A DNA stretch of 63,509 nucleotides, the filler included, from Atractiella rhizophila (Eukaryota), in assembly GCA_021432655.1 (NCBI GenBank). It is 7 parts of 7 records of this genome, joined end to end, with 100 filler letters (N's around TTAATTAATTAA, not from the genome) between each part and the next. Parts side by side here need not be neighbours in the genome. Positions count along the whole stretch, not along the records: positions 35,976 to 47,752 come from MU272026.1; positions 47,853 to 59,586 come from MU272027.1; 5 more parts are not named here. One strand, written 5' to 3'. The first letter of the stretch is position 1; every line of letters starts with the position of its first letter. Below the pieces are notes generated by a model. That model was given only the letters and a program-made list of their open reading frames with translations, was not told the origin of the DNA and did not search any database. Shown here in pieces: positions 37,281 through 50,778 of this stretch. The position numbers were made by a program, and so were the translations under genes.

Positions 37281-38750
37281 CGCAAACAGCCAGTTTTCCT
37301 TTTACTTCCGTTAGAACCATGTAGTTTCCATCAGAGAGAAACACACCAACGTCCTTTCCCGCCGCCTTGTACTTTTGGAAAACGAAATGCCCAAGAATAC
37401 TTCCTAACTGGTCCCCTGAGAACTGCTTCCAATTTCCAGTTACAGGATCCTTCTCAGCGGCCGTAAAACGATCAGCATCTGGATCGTTGGCAAGGACGAT
37501 CCGACATTTGTTTGCGTCTGCATGCTTGATAGCGAGATCCTGTATGAAACTCGTTAGGGAAACATGTGCGCGGTTAAGCCAGCGTACCAAAGCCCCCTTC
37601 TCTTCAGGATTTGGGAACTTCACAGTTGGAAACTCAGGATCTGGTTGCGCTTGGGCCTCTACGATGGAAAAAGAGGATTCCTGAAACCCTGCGGCGATGA
37701 AGGCTGCTTTGGCAAATGGCAGACCGACTCCATGCATTGGAGTATAGGCGAACTTGACGGACGATGAGGCATTGAGATGGCTGTTTGAGAAAGTTTTGTT
37801 TCTAAAAACGCTTGAAGGAAGAAGAACTCACTTCTGCTCCGCTGTGACCATCTCGCCTGCCATTTGGTTGTACTTAACCTTCATTTCTTCTGTCCGATCC
37901 TCGCAGTTCTTCGCGACATTGCTGATATCCCATGCTTCATCAGCAATGTCGAGGTTGTTCAAGATGCTGGCTTCAATTTGTGAATCTTTCTGGTGGTATA
38001 ATTTGTACACCGTTGGAAGCGTAGAGTTTGTAACCATTGTCGTTTTTTCGGGTTATGTGAGGCTGCTTTGGCTGTAAATGTGTTGAATTATCACAGGGAG
38101 AGACGCAAGCACCAGTGATCATGATGCCAGCCGTGGCCGTTGAGCTGAAGGACTCCAAACGGCTGATCATATCGTGAGCACGTCTCAAAAGCTCAATTCA
38201 AGACACTCACAACAAGTGGTGTTAGTACCACTCCACGATAAAGGTAAACCTTCCAGCCTTTCCTTAGGAAGACTCCAGCAGCCAGCTCGGCAAACCGCTG
38301 TGAGTTATATCGATGGTCATGCCCAATCACTGCCGATTTGTTTGTGCTATTGGCAGCTTCTAGGTGTGCGACGAGTCCTTGCGTAGCTTGAAGAACAGTT
38401 ACGTCGTTCATCCGCGAGAATCCAGCCTCCATGGCCGCCCTTAAACCTGAGGCAGCATCAGAAAATACTGGAGCTGATGAATTAACAATAAAGATGAACC
38501 AGCTGTTCCAAAACACGATGCGTGTAGATAAACGCTTCCTGAGCTCATCTACATTGTTTGAAGCCCGGAGAGACTCGATCTCTGCTCGTGTGGAGGAATT
38601 CTGTTGTCCGATCAACCTGAGGCGGAAATGAAGGCATGTTTGCACACTCACTTTGCTGAACGATCGATCAGTGATTTGTTATAAAAGAGAAAATAAAGCT
38701 CACTCTAAGGCTAGCCATTGTTGTATGAGTTCTCTGACGGATGAGTCCAT
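37281..38750 (-). CDS. PGM2: Phosphoglucomutase-2 / phosphopentomutase (PGM2-like), 5' part
   Basis: FGTAGLRAAMEAGFSRMN, VIGHDHRYNS, GIMITASHNP..DNGYK, YTPMHGVG, PDPEFPTVKFPNPEE and ANDPDADR. Two homopolymer +1 frameshifts. Truncated at the gap. Confidence 0.92.
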
Positions 38751-39276
38751 GCTGTATATTGCAGGGGAGCTGGACGATGATCTTCCAATGACTGGTCCGA
38801 AGGTCCGAACCTTGCACCAAACCCCACTCCATCACGTCGGCAACAAGAAAATCCCTCTTCGTCACGGTATCACTGAAGGCAAATCGGGGTCTCTTGAGTT
38901 AGACAAATTTTTTCTAACGAGGTAGGCATACAGCCAGGGATGGACTGTCCCAAAAAGCTCAGTCGTTTAGGAGATTGAGATTACTGTGCGTACTTCCTCA
39001 TTCACCCTCCGTATTAAGGAGCTACAAACAACAATATGAAATGTTGCAAATTTAAAATGTTAGGTCTATTTGAACGGGGCTCAAATGCTGATTTACTATT
39101 GCTGTTCCGTTTTCGACGTCCCGATGGCTGATCCAGCGAGCTGCCTCTCTTATTATTGCAGACTGGTTCAAGCCTCTAACCGTACATCTTCTGAATACAT
39201 TTTTTGAATCTGGCAGAATATTTACACGTTGTTTCAACAATTTGTGATCTTTCTAATACACGGAACTGCTTGGTTG

Positions 39277-40537
39277 TTACTTCGCCCAAGTCTTCTTGTT
39301 CAGCTCGAAGAATTTCTTCCAGGTGTGAGGTTTTCGAGAGAGAAAGCCAAGGCTTTTTCCAAAGTCATCCTTCCCGTAATCTGGTTTTGTATGTCTGCCT
39401 TGGTAATGATTTTATGAGGGAATAGACTTACATTCAACCTCATTAATCGCTCCGTAGAAGTCCTTGAAGTCCTCCTGAATGATAGGAGGCATGTGAGAGT
39501 AAGCCGCACTATTCTCAAAAGGCGTGTACGCGTATTTCGCTTTCTCTCCAGTGGCTTTACGTTCCAAAAGAAGGAATGAATGGCTATTCCATTTCTGGAC
39601 ATAAACGAGAAAAACGAACCCGCCGCGAATTGTTCTACGATTTGATTCATTGTGAGGTCCTCACCAACCGCCTGGATGATTGATCCGTTGGGGAATTCCG
39701 TAGGATGTTCCAGAGCAGACTGAACGAAAATTCCATAGTCCGACTGGATATCGATGGATGCTAGTTTCGTATCGGCTTTCCAGCCTGTAGAGAGAACGTA
39801 TACGCCATCTTCTCCCTTTTGGAACTCCATTGGGGGCTGGAGAAAGTTCTGCATATATGCTGCGGGCTATTATTCCACATCTGCTGAGCATCCAAAGCAC
39901 GGAGAAGACACGTCTTACTTCGACAGAAACCGCTCTCACATTTTCCTTCTTCTTGCTTTCTCGGAAAAGATATTCTGTTGCCCTTGCTTTCCCCTCAAAA
40001 TGGTAGACCTTCGTGAACTTTCCTCCAGTCAATTTGTCATAAGAAGGCAAACCCGACCAGAGAAACGTCTTGAGGGTAGGAAGAGACAAGGCGGCGTCGA
40101 TAACGACCTTGATCTCGCCATAGTCCTGCACAGAAGGTGCAGTAATCAGAAACTTGTGACTGGTTGATTTGAAAGAAAGATAGCATTACACGTTCCATAT
40201 CTAAATGATCCCAGAAATTGGTGACCAACTATTGGCACATATGTTTAGTTTCATTGAATCGAAGGAGGAGCAAATGGATGCATACGAAAACTACTTCAGC
40301 CCCATCAAGAGCCTTCTTGACCTCTCCCTCTCCCCCAACTTGGACCGTAGCAGCTCTCATTTCCACCCCCTCCTCTTTGGTAAGAGTGACCGCTGGTTCC
40401 CTGGACAGGTCGCGGGTGATACCAATGACACTGTATTTCTTGGGAGAGGCGCGAAGAGCAGAGAAGACAGAACCACCTTGTTTCCCAGTGATCCCGAATA
40501 TGGCGATCTTAACTGCATCAGGGCCATGAGAGAGCAT
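39277..40537 (-). CDS. NmrA-like NAD(P)-binding Rossmann protein (paralog 1), spliced
   Basis: IAIFGITGKQGGSV...GITRD, VTNFWD, LWSGLP...VYHFEGKA, ending PHTWKKFFELNKKTWAK*. Confidence 0.85.
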
Positions 40538-41127
40538 ACTTGACTATTCTTTGTGTTATGAAAGTGACTTAGACTCCTCAACCTCCTCATCACGACAGCT
40601 TTATATCATACACTCCCTGTAGGAAGCGATCAAAATCGGCAAGCATGAAAGTGATGGGCTTGCAATCGTTGTTCTTGAAATGTGTTAGCTCCTTGTCCTC
40701 TATTCAGTTTCGATGAATTTCTCTTGTAGGAAGAGATCAAGGTCAGTGATACTCCGAGGACAACATCATGATGAGCTCTTCTAGTTTTCATGCCAATCGA
40801 TACCATTCTCAAACCTGAATTGAGATAGGTGTGATGTATGACGCAGGCGTGACGCCTCCGACCCCGAACGTTGTTTCAAGTGCTCTTGATAACCTGACGG
40901 AAAGGCTCAAAATCATCTCACGTCTGACTCCAGCCATTTTCCTGTTGTGTTCTCTCTACAATCTTCTTGCCTTTAATTCTCTAGCTAGCTTACGAAGAGG
41001 CATCCTCCCACCGAACCATAATGGGTGCCTGAGCTCATATTTGAAAGTGCGATGGCTGCGCCACTGCGATACCTGCTGATTGCATTAAACATTCAGGACA
41101 GATTTGTAACATTCATCCCTATCGTGG

Positions 41128-42382
41128 CTATTTCAACCAAGCCTCTTTGTTCTGCTCGAAGAATCCTTTCCAGTTGTTGGGTTTCCTGGAGATGAAATTA
41201 AGACTTTTGCCAAAGTCATGTTTCCCGTAATCTATACATCGTGTTACCATTGTTCCTACCTCAAAGGGTGTGACTTACAAGACACCTCGTTGACAGCTGA
41301 ATAAAAGTCCTTAAAGTCATCCTGGATGACAGGAGGCATGTAAGGATAAGCCGAACTTTCTTCAAAACGTGTATAGATGTATTTTGCTTTCTCTCCTGTC
41401 GCTTTAGGGATCAGTCAGCATACATTTACTTCCTGGAATAGACCAAGTTAACGAACCAGCCGTAAACTGCTCTACGATCTCGTCCATCGTAAGGTCCTCT
41501 CCCACTGCTTGGATGATGGATCCGTCGGGGAATTCCCCAGGATGTTCCAGAGCGGATTGAACGAAAAGTCCATAGTCTGCCTCGATATCGATGGATGCCA
41601 ATTTCGTGTCGGCTTTCCAGCCTGTGGAGAGAATGTATACGCCGTCTTCTCCCTTTTGAAACGTCATTTGAGGGCCTAGCAAGTTCTGCATATATCCTGC
41701 GGGCTATCGTCCAAACGTCGTTAGTCCATGCACTGGCAGCAAGGGAAACAGAATTTCTCACTTCGACAGAAACCGCTCTCACGTCCTCCTTCTTTTTGCT
41801 CTCTTGAAACAGGTAGTCTGTTGCCCTTGCTTTCCCCTCAAAGTGATAGACCTTTGTGTACTTCCCTCCCGTCAACTTGGCGTACGAGGGGAGACCAGAC
41901 CAAAGGAAAGTCTTGACCGTGGGAAGGGACAAGGCGGCGTCGATCACGACTTTGGTTTCGTTGAAGTCCTGATCAATGTAACCATGTGAATTGGTTGCTT
42001 TTTTTCACGGTGAAAAGAACCCACTCTTTCGACATCCAAATGATTCCAGAAGTTGGTGACCAACTGCCACAACGGACGTCTGAATCAGTTCCTGCGCTTG
42101 ACGGAAATCAAGCGAAGGCGGAACGCGTACGAAGACTGCTTCGGCTCCATCGAGTGCTTTCTTGACCTCCTCCTCCTTGCCGACCTCGAAGGTAACAGAT
42201 ATGATCTGCACTCCTTCTTCTTTACTAAGAGCGACAGCGGGTTCCTTGGACGCGTCCCGGGTGAGACCGATGATGTTGTATGCTTTAGGAGAAGCGCGAA
42301 GAGCTTTGAGGACTGAGCTGCCTTGTTTCCCTGTGATGCCGAAGATGGCGACCTTGAGCGCGTCAGAGGCTTGAGAGAGCAT
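41128..42382 (-). CDS. NmrA-like NAD(P)-binding Rossmann protein (paralog 2), spliced
   Basis: VAIFGITGKQGSSV...GLTRD, with the same intron layout as paralog 1. Confidence 0.85.
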
Positions 42383-43054
42383 GTTGAAGTTGTGTGAATT
42401 GAGTTCTCAAATGAGCTGGGCTGTGGATTGTGGTGTTGGATTCCTCATTGCCATCAACCTGCTTTTATAAACTTTTGCTACCTGTCGAATCTCTGAAGCA
42501 GAGCTCGGCATTCCAAGGTGAATCAGCCATTCTCTGTTGTTACAAACATCATTGGGCTGCAAGGGGTGTAGTATGGTACCAAATGCTGAACGATAAAGGT
42601 TCCGAGCTCAATGAATCAGCGCTTACCTCCCCGAAGCACCTCTCATCCAACCCGCAATGGTGAAATGTTTGCACAGTCAGACAGCACCTGAGAGAAACAC
42701 CGAGCTTGATTCAGCGCTTACAACATCTCTGTTCGTGAACTCGGTATGTGCGGAGTGTTGTTCAGGTTGGTTCAGAAGCGTGTGACACACACCCACCACT
42801 GGTGCTTCTGTCTTTCGTGGTTCTTTGTTGAGCGACCGATTTGTCCTCCTCACCTGTCACCTGGGATCAAAGCAAAGTATCTAAATCAAATCAACATTCG
42901 TATCACCGGCACACGTGACTTTCTTACACACAGAACAGGACCAACTTGAAAGCATTCCCTCAAGCTCAGGCTTCAGATCTCCAGACCTTCAGAGTATACG
43001 TCGGTTCAAGCTCAAAGGGCAGTTTGAATAGTTGATTAACAAGGTTATTAAATT

Positions 43055-43700
43055 CTAATTCTGTGTTGCTGGTCGGCGTCTAGGCTTTCCCCTCTGGCCT
43101 TTGCAACGCATCAGTGGATGTGCTCTTCCTGGCAACCCTCTTCTCAGTCCCTCCTCTACAGCCACCGAGCTCAATTTTCTTTCCTGCAAGTTCTCCTCGA
43201 TGCTCAGGCTGTCGCCTTCTGGCCACACCTGGTTCGCCGCCTTTTCCTCTTCTCTCTGTTGCTCTATGGCCCTACTTAACTCCTTCTGGAGCATCCATTT
43301 CTCCTCTTCCAACTTCGACTTCATGAGCAAGAGATAAGCGATTTCGGCGTCTGTCAACTCGTCTTCTTCCTCCTCCTCGCCGGATAGAATGCGGAGGCAA
43401 AAAGAGTGAGCGGATAATGTCAGCTCGAGTTCATGCTCCAGAGATGCAATGAAATCGGACAAAGGACTCGAAGTGGTGAGGAGGGAGTTTGATGGGTGGC
43501 AACAAGACTGTCTGGCAGAACTGGGACCGGATGAAGTCTGGCTTTGTATACCTGATGAGGTTGATGCCGGCGCGCTGGGACCGTTGTATCGCCTTGGGTC
43601 AGAACGAGGAACCTCGCTTGCTCTACCCTGGCTGGAAGGGCTCGAGATTGTGAGGTCCTTAAACGGAGATCGAGTGACTGGTGCTGGACCAAGGAAAGAA
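43055..43700 (-). CDS. Hypothetical protein (Ser/Pro-rich + coiled-coil), structure uncertain
   Basis: ORF 43055-43462 has an acidic/coiled-coil stretch. No family recognised. Confidence 0.3.
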
Positions 43701-44929
43701 AGTAAGTGTTTTCCGGCCTTTCAGGGAAAATAGCTTACTTCTCCCTGGGTCGTGTCTCCTACTCTTTAAAGCATCTGCTGCTGTTGGCTTTCGACTATAT
43801 TCTCTTCTAGGAACTGCCGTTGGAACATGTCACTGTGCATCCTCCAAACAAGACGGAGAGTTTACCGATCGTCGCATCGGAATCCGAATCATCGTTTTCC
43901 GTTCTCCTTCTAGTCGTCCCCATCTTAGAAATCAGACTTCCTACTCGTCAGCGTCCAACATCAGTCAGCTTGGTGGAGAGCTGGAGAAGTTAACATACCG
44001 GAACTTGCCGGATCATGATGAGAGTCTATCCGAACAGGCATCCTGTGCTCTTTCTTTTATCTGGATTTGGCTCTTGAAATCTGATGGGATCGATTGGGAT
44101 ATGGTTGTAGTTATCTGGTGGCGAACGGGCGGAGGGGGAAGTGACGGTACTTATGAAACGGCATCTGCCTTCCCGTCTCTTGCTAGTGCATGGAACGTCC
44201 TTCCCGCCTTGTGTACCGTCGTGGGAAAGTTATTTCCCGCCGCCCGAAACCGTCTCAAACCAGGGACTTCGTCCACTGGCTCACTCAGGTTCGTGAACAT
44301 CGTCAATCTCGGTTCATTAACGCGCTACATGTTGTCGTGGACGTCTCGTTCTTCCGGTTCTGCTCCGGTCAATGGGCAAAGGGTACAAGGGATATTGTAT
44401 CATGATTTCCTACAGCCAATATATAAACAAATAGAATTTATTTCTTGACACGTAATGTTAACGAGATATCATATGGCATATTTATGGTATGGGGAGATTT
44501 CGAAAGACGACTGGCTCAGACACGCGGTGGTGAGTGGCATGAGAGTTGGGCACAGCAATCCTGCTCGTCCGTATTAGTTCAAATACAATCTGTCGGAAGA
44601 AGGAAAATGGAGCGAGGACCAACCGAAGAAAACAATGGTCCCTTGGGTGTTTGGGAGTAGGAAGGGATATGCAATTCATGCAAAGGTCGAAATCGGGGCA
44701 ATTACGGTGCTGGCATTTGTATCGTATACCTAAGCAACAAATAAACGTGAGCTGTGTGAAAAAATGACGAAAAGAATACTAGTGCCCTTCATTGTCTGTT
44801 GACAACCATCACAGGTGATGTTTGGTTGGGTGGAGCTGGGGGCAAAACATGTTAGCTCTGCTGAATCAAGCGAAGCAGAGACGAACTGTTAGGAACTCCT
44901 GTGGATGCGCGACGCGAGGATTATCTACG

Positions 44930-46448
44930 TCCGTCAGAGGGAAAAAAGAATGGCGGGGATGGAAAGTTGAGGCAGTGGGGTAGCAGGTTCCACAAAGATC
45001 GTAGTCTTCACTCAAATTTGAGTAAATTGATGGAAGAAACAATTTCAGCTAAATGGACGAACCAGGGCATTGCATGCTAGTGAGGCTTCGTCAATTGTCG
45101 TTCTGAGAATCGTTAGGAATGATCGCACCATTTGTATCTCGTCCCCACTATCCCATCCCTGCGACACTTGTCGCAGTTCGCATTATGTGCCATGTCCCCT
45201 CTCCTACCTCCCCCAGCACTAGATTCCGATCTCGAATGACCCAATCGCATATCTCTCGGTCGCGACGTGGTGGCAATCCCCGTGGGGCTCAAGGTTCCAT
45301 TCACACCCACACTCGTCGGCTGATTGGTCAATCTCTCGACCAAAGCTTCAAATGTTTCCATTCCATTATTCTTCCATCTGGCGAGCTCAGCACCTTGTCT
45401 CCTAACCGCCGCACGCGTCCTCCTCAACTCTCTTTCCAGCGCCTCGATCCTCCCAACATGCTCCACCCCATTCGAACCATCATGCCCATGACCATCAAAG
45501 CTCCGTTCCGCCTCCTCACACTCCCTCTCCAAATGCTTCACTATGTCAGCCCGGCGCAGTTCGAGGCCGCAGCCGAGGGGACAGATGCAGATGAGGTCGT
45601 CGAGGAGGGAGGAGATGAGTTTTGGGGCGGAGACGAGGTGGGAGGATAGCAGGGGACGGCGGCAGGTTGGGCAGGTGGAAGACGGAGAAGTAGAGTTGAT
45701 CCAGGGTTCGATGCAGGCGCGGCAGAAGTAGTGGTCGCAGGGAGTGGAGACGGGATCTTGGAATGGTTCCCTGCGAAAATATTTAGTGTGCCCATTTGAC
45801 AATCTAGGATAAATGATTGGAAGAAAAGTTTAGAAGCCGAATAAACGTCCACTAATACTGTTGCACATCTTATAAGCGTGCACTTCTTTGAGCAACTACT
45901 GCTTCGAACAAATGCACCTGCAGATCTCTCCCTTTCGGCTCGATTCTACACATTCCACTTCGCGCGTAACACTCCTGTGCAGCCCAAAAGAGCGCGAGTT
46001 AAAGCCCCATCACTCCGCAGAAGTCTCACAGAAACAGTTATTGCACATCTACCGCATTGACGGACAAGGAAAAGGATTGAGGGAGAACCTCGATTGATTG
46101 TGTAGAAGAAGAACACACGTCCTTTCGAGAGAGTTCCAAGAATTCCAATTCTCATTCAACACCTTCTCAAGTTCAACCGGGCAGGAAGCCCTCACATGTC
46201 AACACAAGATAAATGCTCCCAAGCATACTCCACCTGCATCACCATCACCATCCCGAGCACAAAACCAAAAGACGAATAAAAGAGCAAAAGGAAAAAGGAA
46301 AGGAAAGGACGCACTCGCAAAAGCACATCAAATGGGGACTGATCCCCTCCGCGTCCTTATAAAAGTATCCACAGCTCCTCAACAGCTCCTGGACCTGCTC
46401 CACTCTCCCTTCGTCCACCTGCGCGCTCGGCATCCGCTGTGCTTCCAT
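44930..46448 (-). CDS. RING-HC + TRAF-type zinc finger + ZZ-domain E3 ligase-like protein, spliced
   Basis: YFYKDAEGISPHLMC..., EPFQDPVSTPCDHYFCRACI...CPTCR, CPLGCGLEL...HLEREC, and ZZ motif HNANCDKCRRDGIVGTRYKC...DYDLC. Exon boundaries are approximate. Confidence 0.72.
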
Positions 46449-46916
46449 CCTGCCCTTGCTCCTGGAGCTCGGTATTGTGTTGACTCTGGTGAATGACTTG
46501 ACGGGGGGTTGAGGTTAGGGGAAGCCGGAATTGAGGATTTGAGTACGTGCGACTTGGGTTGGTTGATTCGACTCGAGGCCTTGAGGACTGGGGTTGGAGG
46601 TGTTGGGAAATGGGTAAGGGGAGCTATATGAGGAAAAGGAGGACGTTGGTGGGTCCAATGGGTTGGTCGATCTAATCTGTGTTTCCTCAATTTCGATTTC
46701 GATCAAGGGGTTCGCATTTCGCAACCTTCAACCTCCAATACTAAGGCTAAGACTAAGGAGGGAAGTAGGGGAGAGTCGATGGAGAGAGAAGAGAGAGTGA
46801 ATGGACAAGGTGCATGGTATTATACCGATTCGAGATACTGTATTAATCTATCCACGACTCAAAGCAAAAGCCAAAAGCCAAAGCCAAACTCTCCTCTGAG
46901 GAAGAGAAAGAGAAGG

Positions 46917-47752
46917 CTAAAGATTCCCTCCTCTCGACTTCGCCTTCAAAGCGTCCTTCAAAGTATCCACCCGATCCAACATATCCTGCACCCTCTTAAC
47001 ACCGGCCTTCCTCTCCTTCCTCGCCTCCTTAAACTCGGTCGAAATCTCAATCGAGTCCAATTTGATCAATCCCTGCAACAACGTCTCACCCAAAAACATC
47101 GCCCTCTGGTTCGGAGGAGTGGGAGAAGTGGACTCCAGGACGCCGTTCACTTCGCGTTCCAATTCGTCCAGTTTGAGGGATAAGGGTTCGACGGAGTCAG
47201 ATAAGACTTTCGAGATCCGTCGAAGCATCTCTTCCTCTCCACCTCCATCCCCTCCGCCTCCTCCTCCTGCTGACCCTGATCCTCCTCCTCCTGCCGAGCC
47301 AGTTGCAGCGGTGGACGCCTCCTCTTGAGCATGAGCTCTCAAGTCCGGACGATCGGTGACCCTCTCCCCGGGCGCGCCGATCAACGTGATCCTCTTCTCC
47401 TTCTTCTTCTGCGCGCCACCCCACCCCCACCCGGAGAATCCCCAACTAGAAGCAGAATTCGAGTCCGCGGAGGCGTCGTCGAAGAGATGGTAGGCGGAGA
47501 GAGGGGCGGAGTCGTCTTTGAGCACGGCGCCGGAGAAGATTAGCTTTTGGTGGTGCGGGAGGACGCCGGTGCGGTGGGCGATGAGGGTGCGGAAGTTGGA
47601 CAGGGGGGTGGAGGGCGGTGGGAGGGGGAGTTGGAGGCTATCCTCTTCTTTGGTCCCGATGACATGTTGTGCGAAGAGGGAGAGACGTACCGCTCTTTAC
47701 CCCAACAGAGGAGAAAGTTACCGAAGCCGTACTCGCCTCCCAGTCCTGCTCC
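46917..47752 (-). CDS. BAG1-like Hsp70 co-chaperone (ubiquitin-like + BAG domain), 5' truncated
   Basis: UBL segment TGVLPHHQKLIFSGAVLKDDSAPLSAYHL and BAG segment LGETLLQGLIKLDSI...ARKERKAGVKRVQDMLDRVD. Confidence 0.85.
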
Positions 47753-47852
47753 NNNNNNNNNNNNNNNNNNNNNNNNNNNNNNNNNNNNNNNNNNNNTTAA
47801 TTAATTAANNNNNNNNNNNNNNNNNNNNNNNNNNNNNNNNNNNNNNNNNNNN
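47753..47852. other. Artificial contig linker
   Basis: N44-TTAATTAATTAA-N44. Confidence 0.98.
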
Positions 47853-50778
47853 CTTGAGGTGTTCTGCGACGGCTTCGGCCTGGTCTCAGATTAGGTGATG
47901 CACCTGGAATCCTTTTCCGAGGTGCACTTACTGTGAGAGTCTGCAAATCGTGTCATCAGCTACTCATGCGCACGAAGTCAATGACAAACCTTTCCTGTTC
48001 CTGGATTGCCATGCTACACGCTCTTCGTCAGTGACAACGTAGTTGCAGAGTAAAAGGATTAACCAAAACGACGATAGCACCACCACTGTAACACGTTCTC
48101 GTCAAACACCAGCCTGCATGCAATGGAATACTGACCCTTTGCCCGAAATCACATCTGTTACGATCTTGTTAGTCTTATTCTCCCCTGCTGTCGCGTCCAC
48201 GAGGCACTTGATCATGTCCTATTGTCAACCGCATCAATGTGATATAGTCTGCGTGACAATGCGAGATACAGACCTTATGATCCTCATCGAGCACAAGATG
48301 CTCATAAGCATCCTCATCAAAAACAATCTCCTTCACTTCGTCAACCTTGATCTCTCCCCAATCCTTCAATACCAAACTGAAAGCGTAAATCGTTGGAGGG
48401 GTCAAGCATAGGTCCTCATCTGCGATGTTAGAACCCAACAGGGAATTCTCGCCCGCATCCTCGTCGTCGCTAATTTTTCGACGGCTCGATGATTTCCCTC
48501 CCGGGCCTGAGCGAGAGCGGGCGTACCAAGATCGTGACCAAATGTCTTTCGTGGGATTCATGCGTCGATCTGCAAACACAAACTTCGTCATAGAGAGCTC
48601 AGAAGGACGTGTAGAGTTAAAGGACGAACAGCTTTTCACGTCCACGACAATTCGACCTTCAGCCTAAGTTCTCTGTTACCCGCTTATTCACGGAAGAGGA
48701 CAAGATACCAACCCTCAATTTGATGATTCGCCTCTCCATGCCGTGCCCTTCCACTCTGCTCAACACTCCTGTGTAATGGAGATACTTTGGTGTTCCAGCG
48801 AGCTGAAAGCGGATTCGTCAGTATTTAAGAAGAGATCTCTCGTAAGTTGAAGAGACACGACCTTGGCGTAGAGTCTCCCACGCTCTTCGTCATGCTACTC
48901 AGAATTCTGTCCATCAAGAATAGAGGCTCGCACCTGTCAATTCTTTCTTGAGTTCATCCGTCATTGGAAAAGCCATCAGGGATGAAATTTTCCTCAATCC
49001 CTTCCACTTCAGTAGCCTAACCTCATGCCAGGTTCTGCTGAATTTCTTTCCGTTCCACTCCAGCTTCTGCCCTTGCAAGCTCACAAACTTGTATTGACCA
49101 TTGTCTAGCACCACGTAGGTCAAATGCTAAGTTCAAGTGGAGAACGCATACCAAGATAGGAACAACTCTTGAGCTTGAATGCCATCTGTTTCTCCTCCGT
49201 TAGCCACGGGATGCGGGTCAATTATTCGGCATACAGGTTCACCAGAAACCTCGTCTATAAATGCATCTCGATGAGCCTGCACTCAGAATGGAACAAAAAC
49301 TCACGATAGGTGACAACGTTGTCCTGAGGTTTGAAAATACACCAAAGTAAGTTCCAGCTAATCTGATTGTCAGGCAGAAGTCTGTCGAGTTTCTTCGACC
49401 TATTGGCTCCGATCTCAGCGTCCTTTCTATCTCCCAATCACAAGTTGTGAGAGAACCGACGGACACGTTATCAAACGCCTCTTTTACGAATTCCACGAGC
49501 TCCTTCAATGCATCTACCGTCTTCTTCAACCTCTCAACATCCATGGCATCCAACTCTTTCTCTCTTTCCTTCTGTCTCTCCACCTCTCGCTCTGCTTTCG
49601 GGTCACTCGGCTTCTCTTCTGCCCCTTCCTCCTTCTCTCCTTCGTCAGAAGCACCGAGAGAATGCGATACAAAGCTACTGCGAGGGTGAATCTCGTTCTC
49701 ATTCGAGGAAACGGATGTTTCTGTTTCGGCAAGTTGAGAGGAGGTGGAAGCGGATGAAGAAGATGAGGAAGTAGACGACGCAGCGGATTCGGAAGCAGTG
49801 ACAGTGATCTGCGGTCCTGTTGAGAATATTGAAAAAATTGACCCTTTCTCTCCTCCTTTTGAACGGCGTTCGATGTATTCCTCTCGTTTCGCAATGAGCT
49901 CCTTCAGTCCTTCAATATGGAGGAATATGTCTTGTGCGTCAAGTTGTGGCTTATCCTACAGGTGGCATAGATGACCTATAATTATTTTTCATTTTGGAAA
50001 GGGAAAGTAACGACGAACCTCATAAATCGCCTCGACCTCTGTCAGCTGCGTTCTACACGGTAGGGGATTGATATCGAGGAAATAGATGCAGAACGGAATA
50101 CAGACCTCAAATCCTTCACCAGTTGCTCGTCCAGGACCTCAATATGCCAATAATCCTCTGCTTGCACCTATGACCCCAAGCCAACTGTCAAGGCTTGCAT
50201 GGGCTCGAAAAAGGAAAGATTACTTGGTGTTTTGGCAAGAGAGTACGATGATTTGCAACAAACAGACAACCTTCATTCATCTCCTCCGTCTTCTTTGGCG
50301 GCACATGAGTTCTCGTTTGCCAGCTAGAAGTCTGCTCGTTCCTATATAGTCAAGTCCAAACGTATATGAGGAGAAGTATTAACAGCAGCGTCCGCAAGCG
50401 TGATAGAAAGACAGTAAACGGTAAAACTGACCAGTATTGCCTACAAGTCCTATAGGACTTCCCTTCATCTGGTCCTTTTCTGTTCGCATCCTTCTCTTTC
50501 TCCTTCTCCTTCGGGTCGTCCTTCGTACTGCCGCTTCCGCTAGCAACAGCCTTCGAAGACCCTGACGCCTTCTTCGAGTTCGTATTCGCACAGTGCTCAC
50601 ACTCTTTCTTCCCACTCGGCGCAGTAGTACTCGTGCTGGTGGTGGTGGAAACGTGTACGAGGGGTGGAGGAGCAGGAAGTTGAGGTGCGTATTGAGTTAG
50701 GTAGTAGGTCGCAATGCCTAGAGTCGCGAATGAGGAGACGGCTGACATGATGAGTGATTTTCGTAAAGCCGGATCCAT
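47853..50778 (-). CDS. Fungal AAA+ ATPase with N-terminal hydrophobic segment, 3' truncated, many introns
   Basis: LTPPTIYAFSLVLKDWGEIKVDEVKEIVFDEDAYEHLVL, DVISGKG, and Walker A HGNPGTGK-T-LT-AEAVAEHL split by introns. Confidence 0.82.

Noticed and set aside
37219..37737. ORF apparently fusing PGM2 to NmrA-region sequence
   Set aside because: It reads through a 25-N gap, so the chimera is an assembly product.
16050..42382. Apparent defence island (patatin + helicase/TPR + NmrA)
   Set aside because: The genes lie on three different contigs separated by artificial linkers.
43681..44448. 255-aa plus-strand ORF / minus-strand frame with stops
   Set aside because: No recognisable domain. The minus strand has stops in all frames plus an intron-like segment, so no call can be supported.
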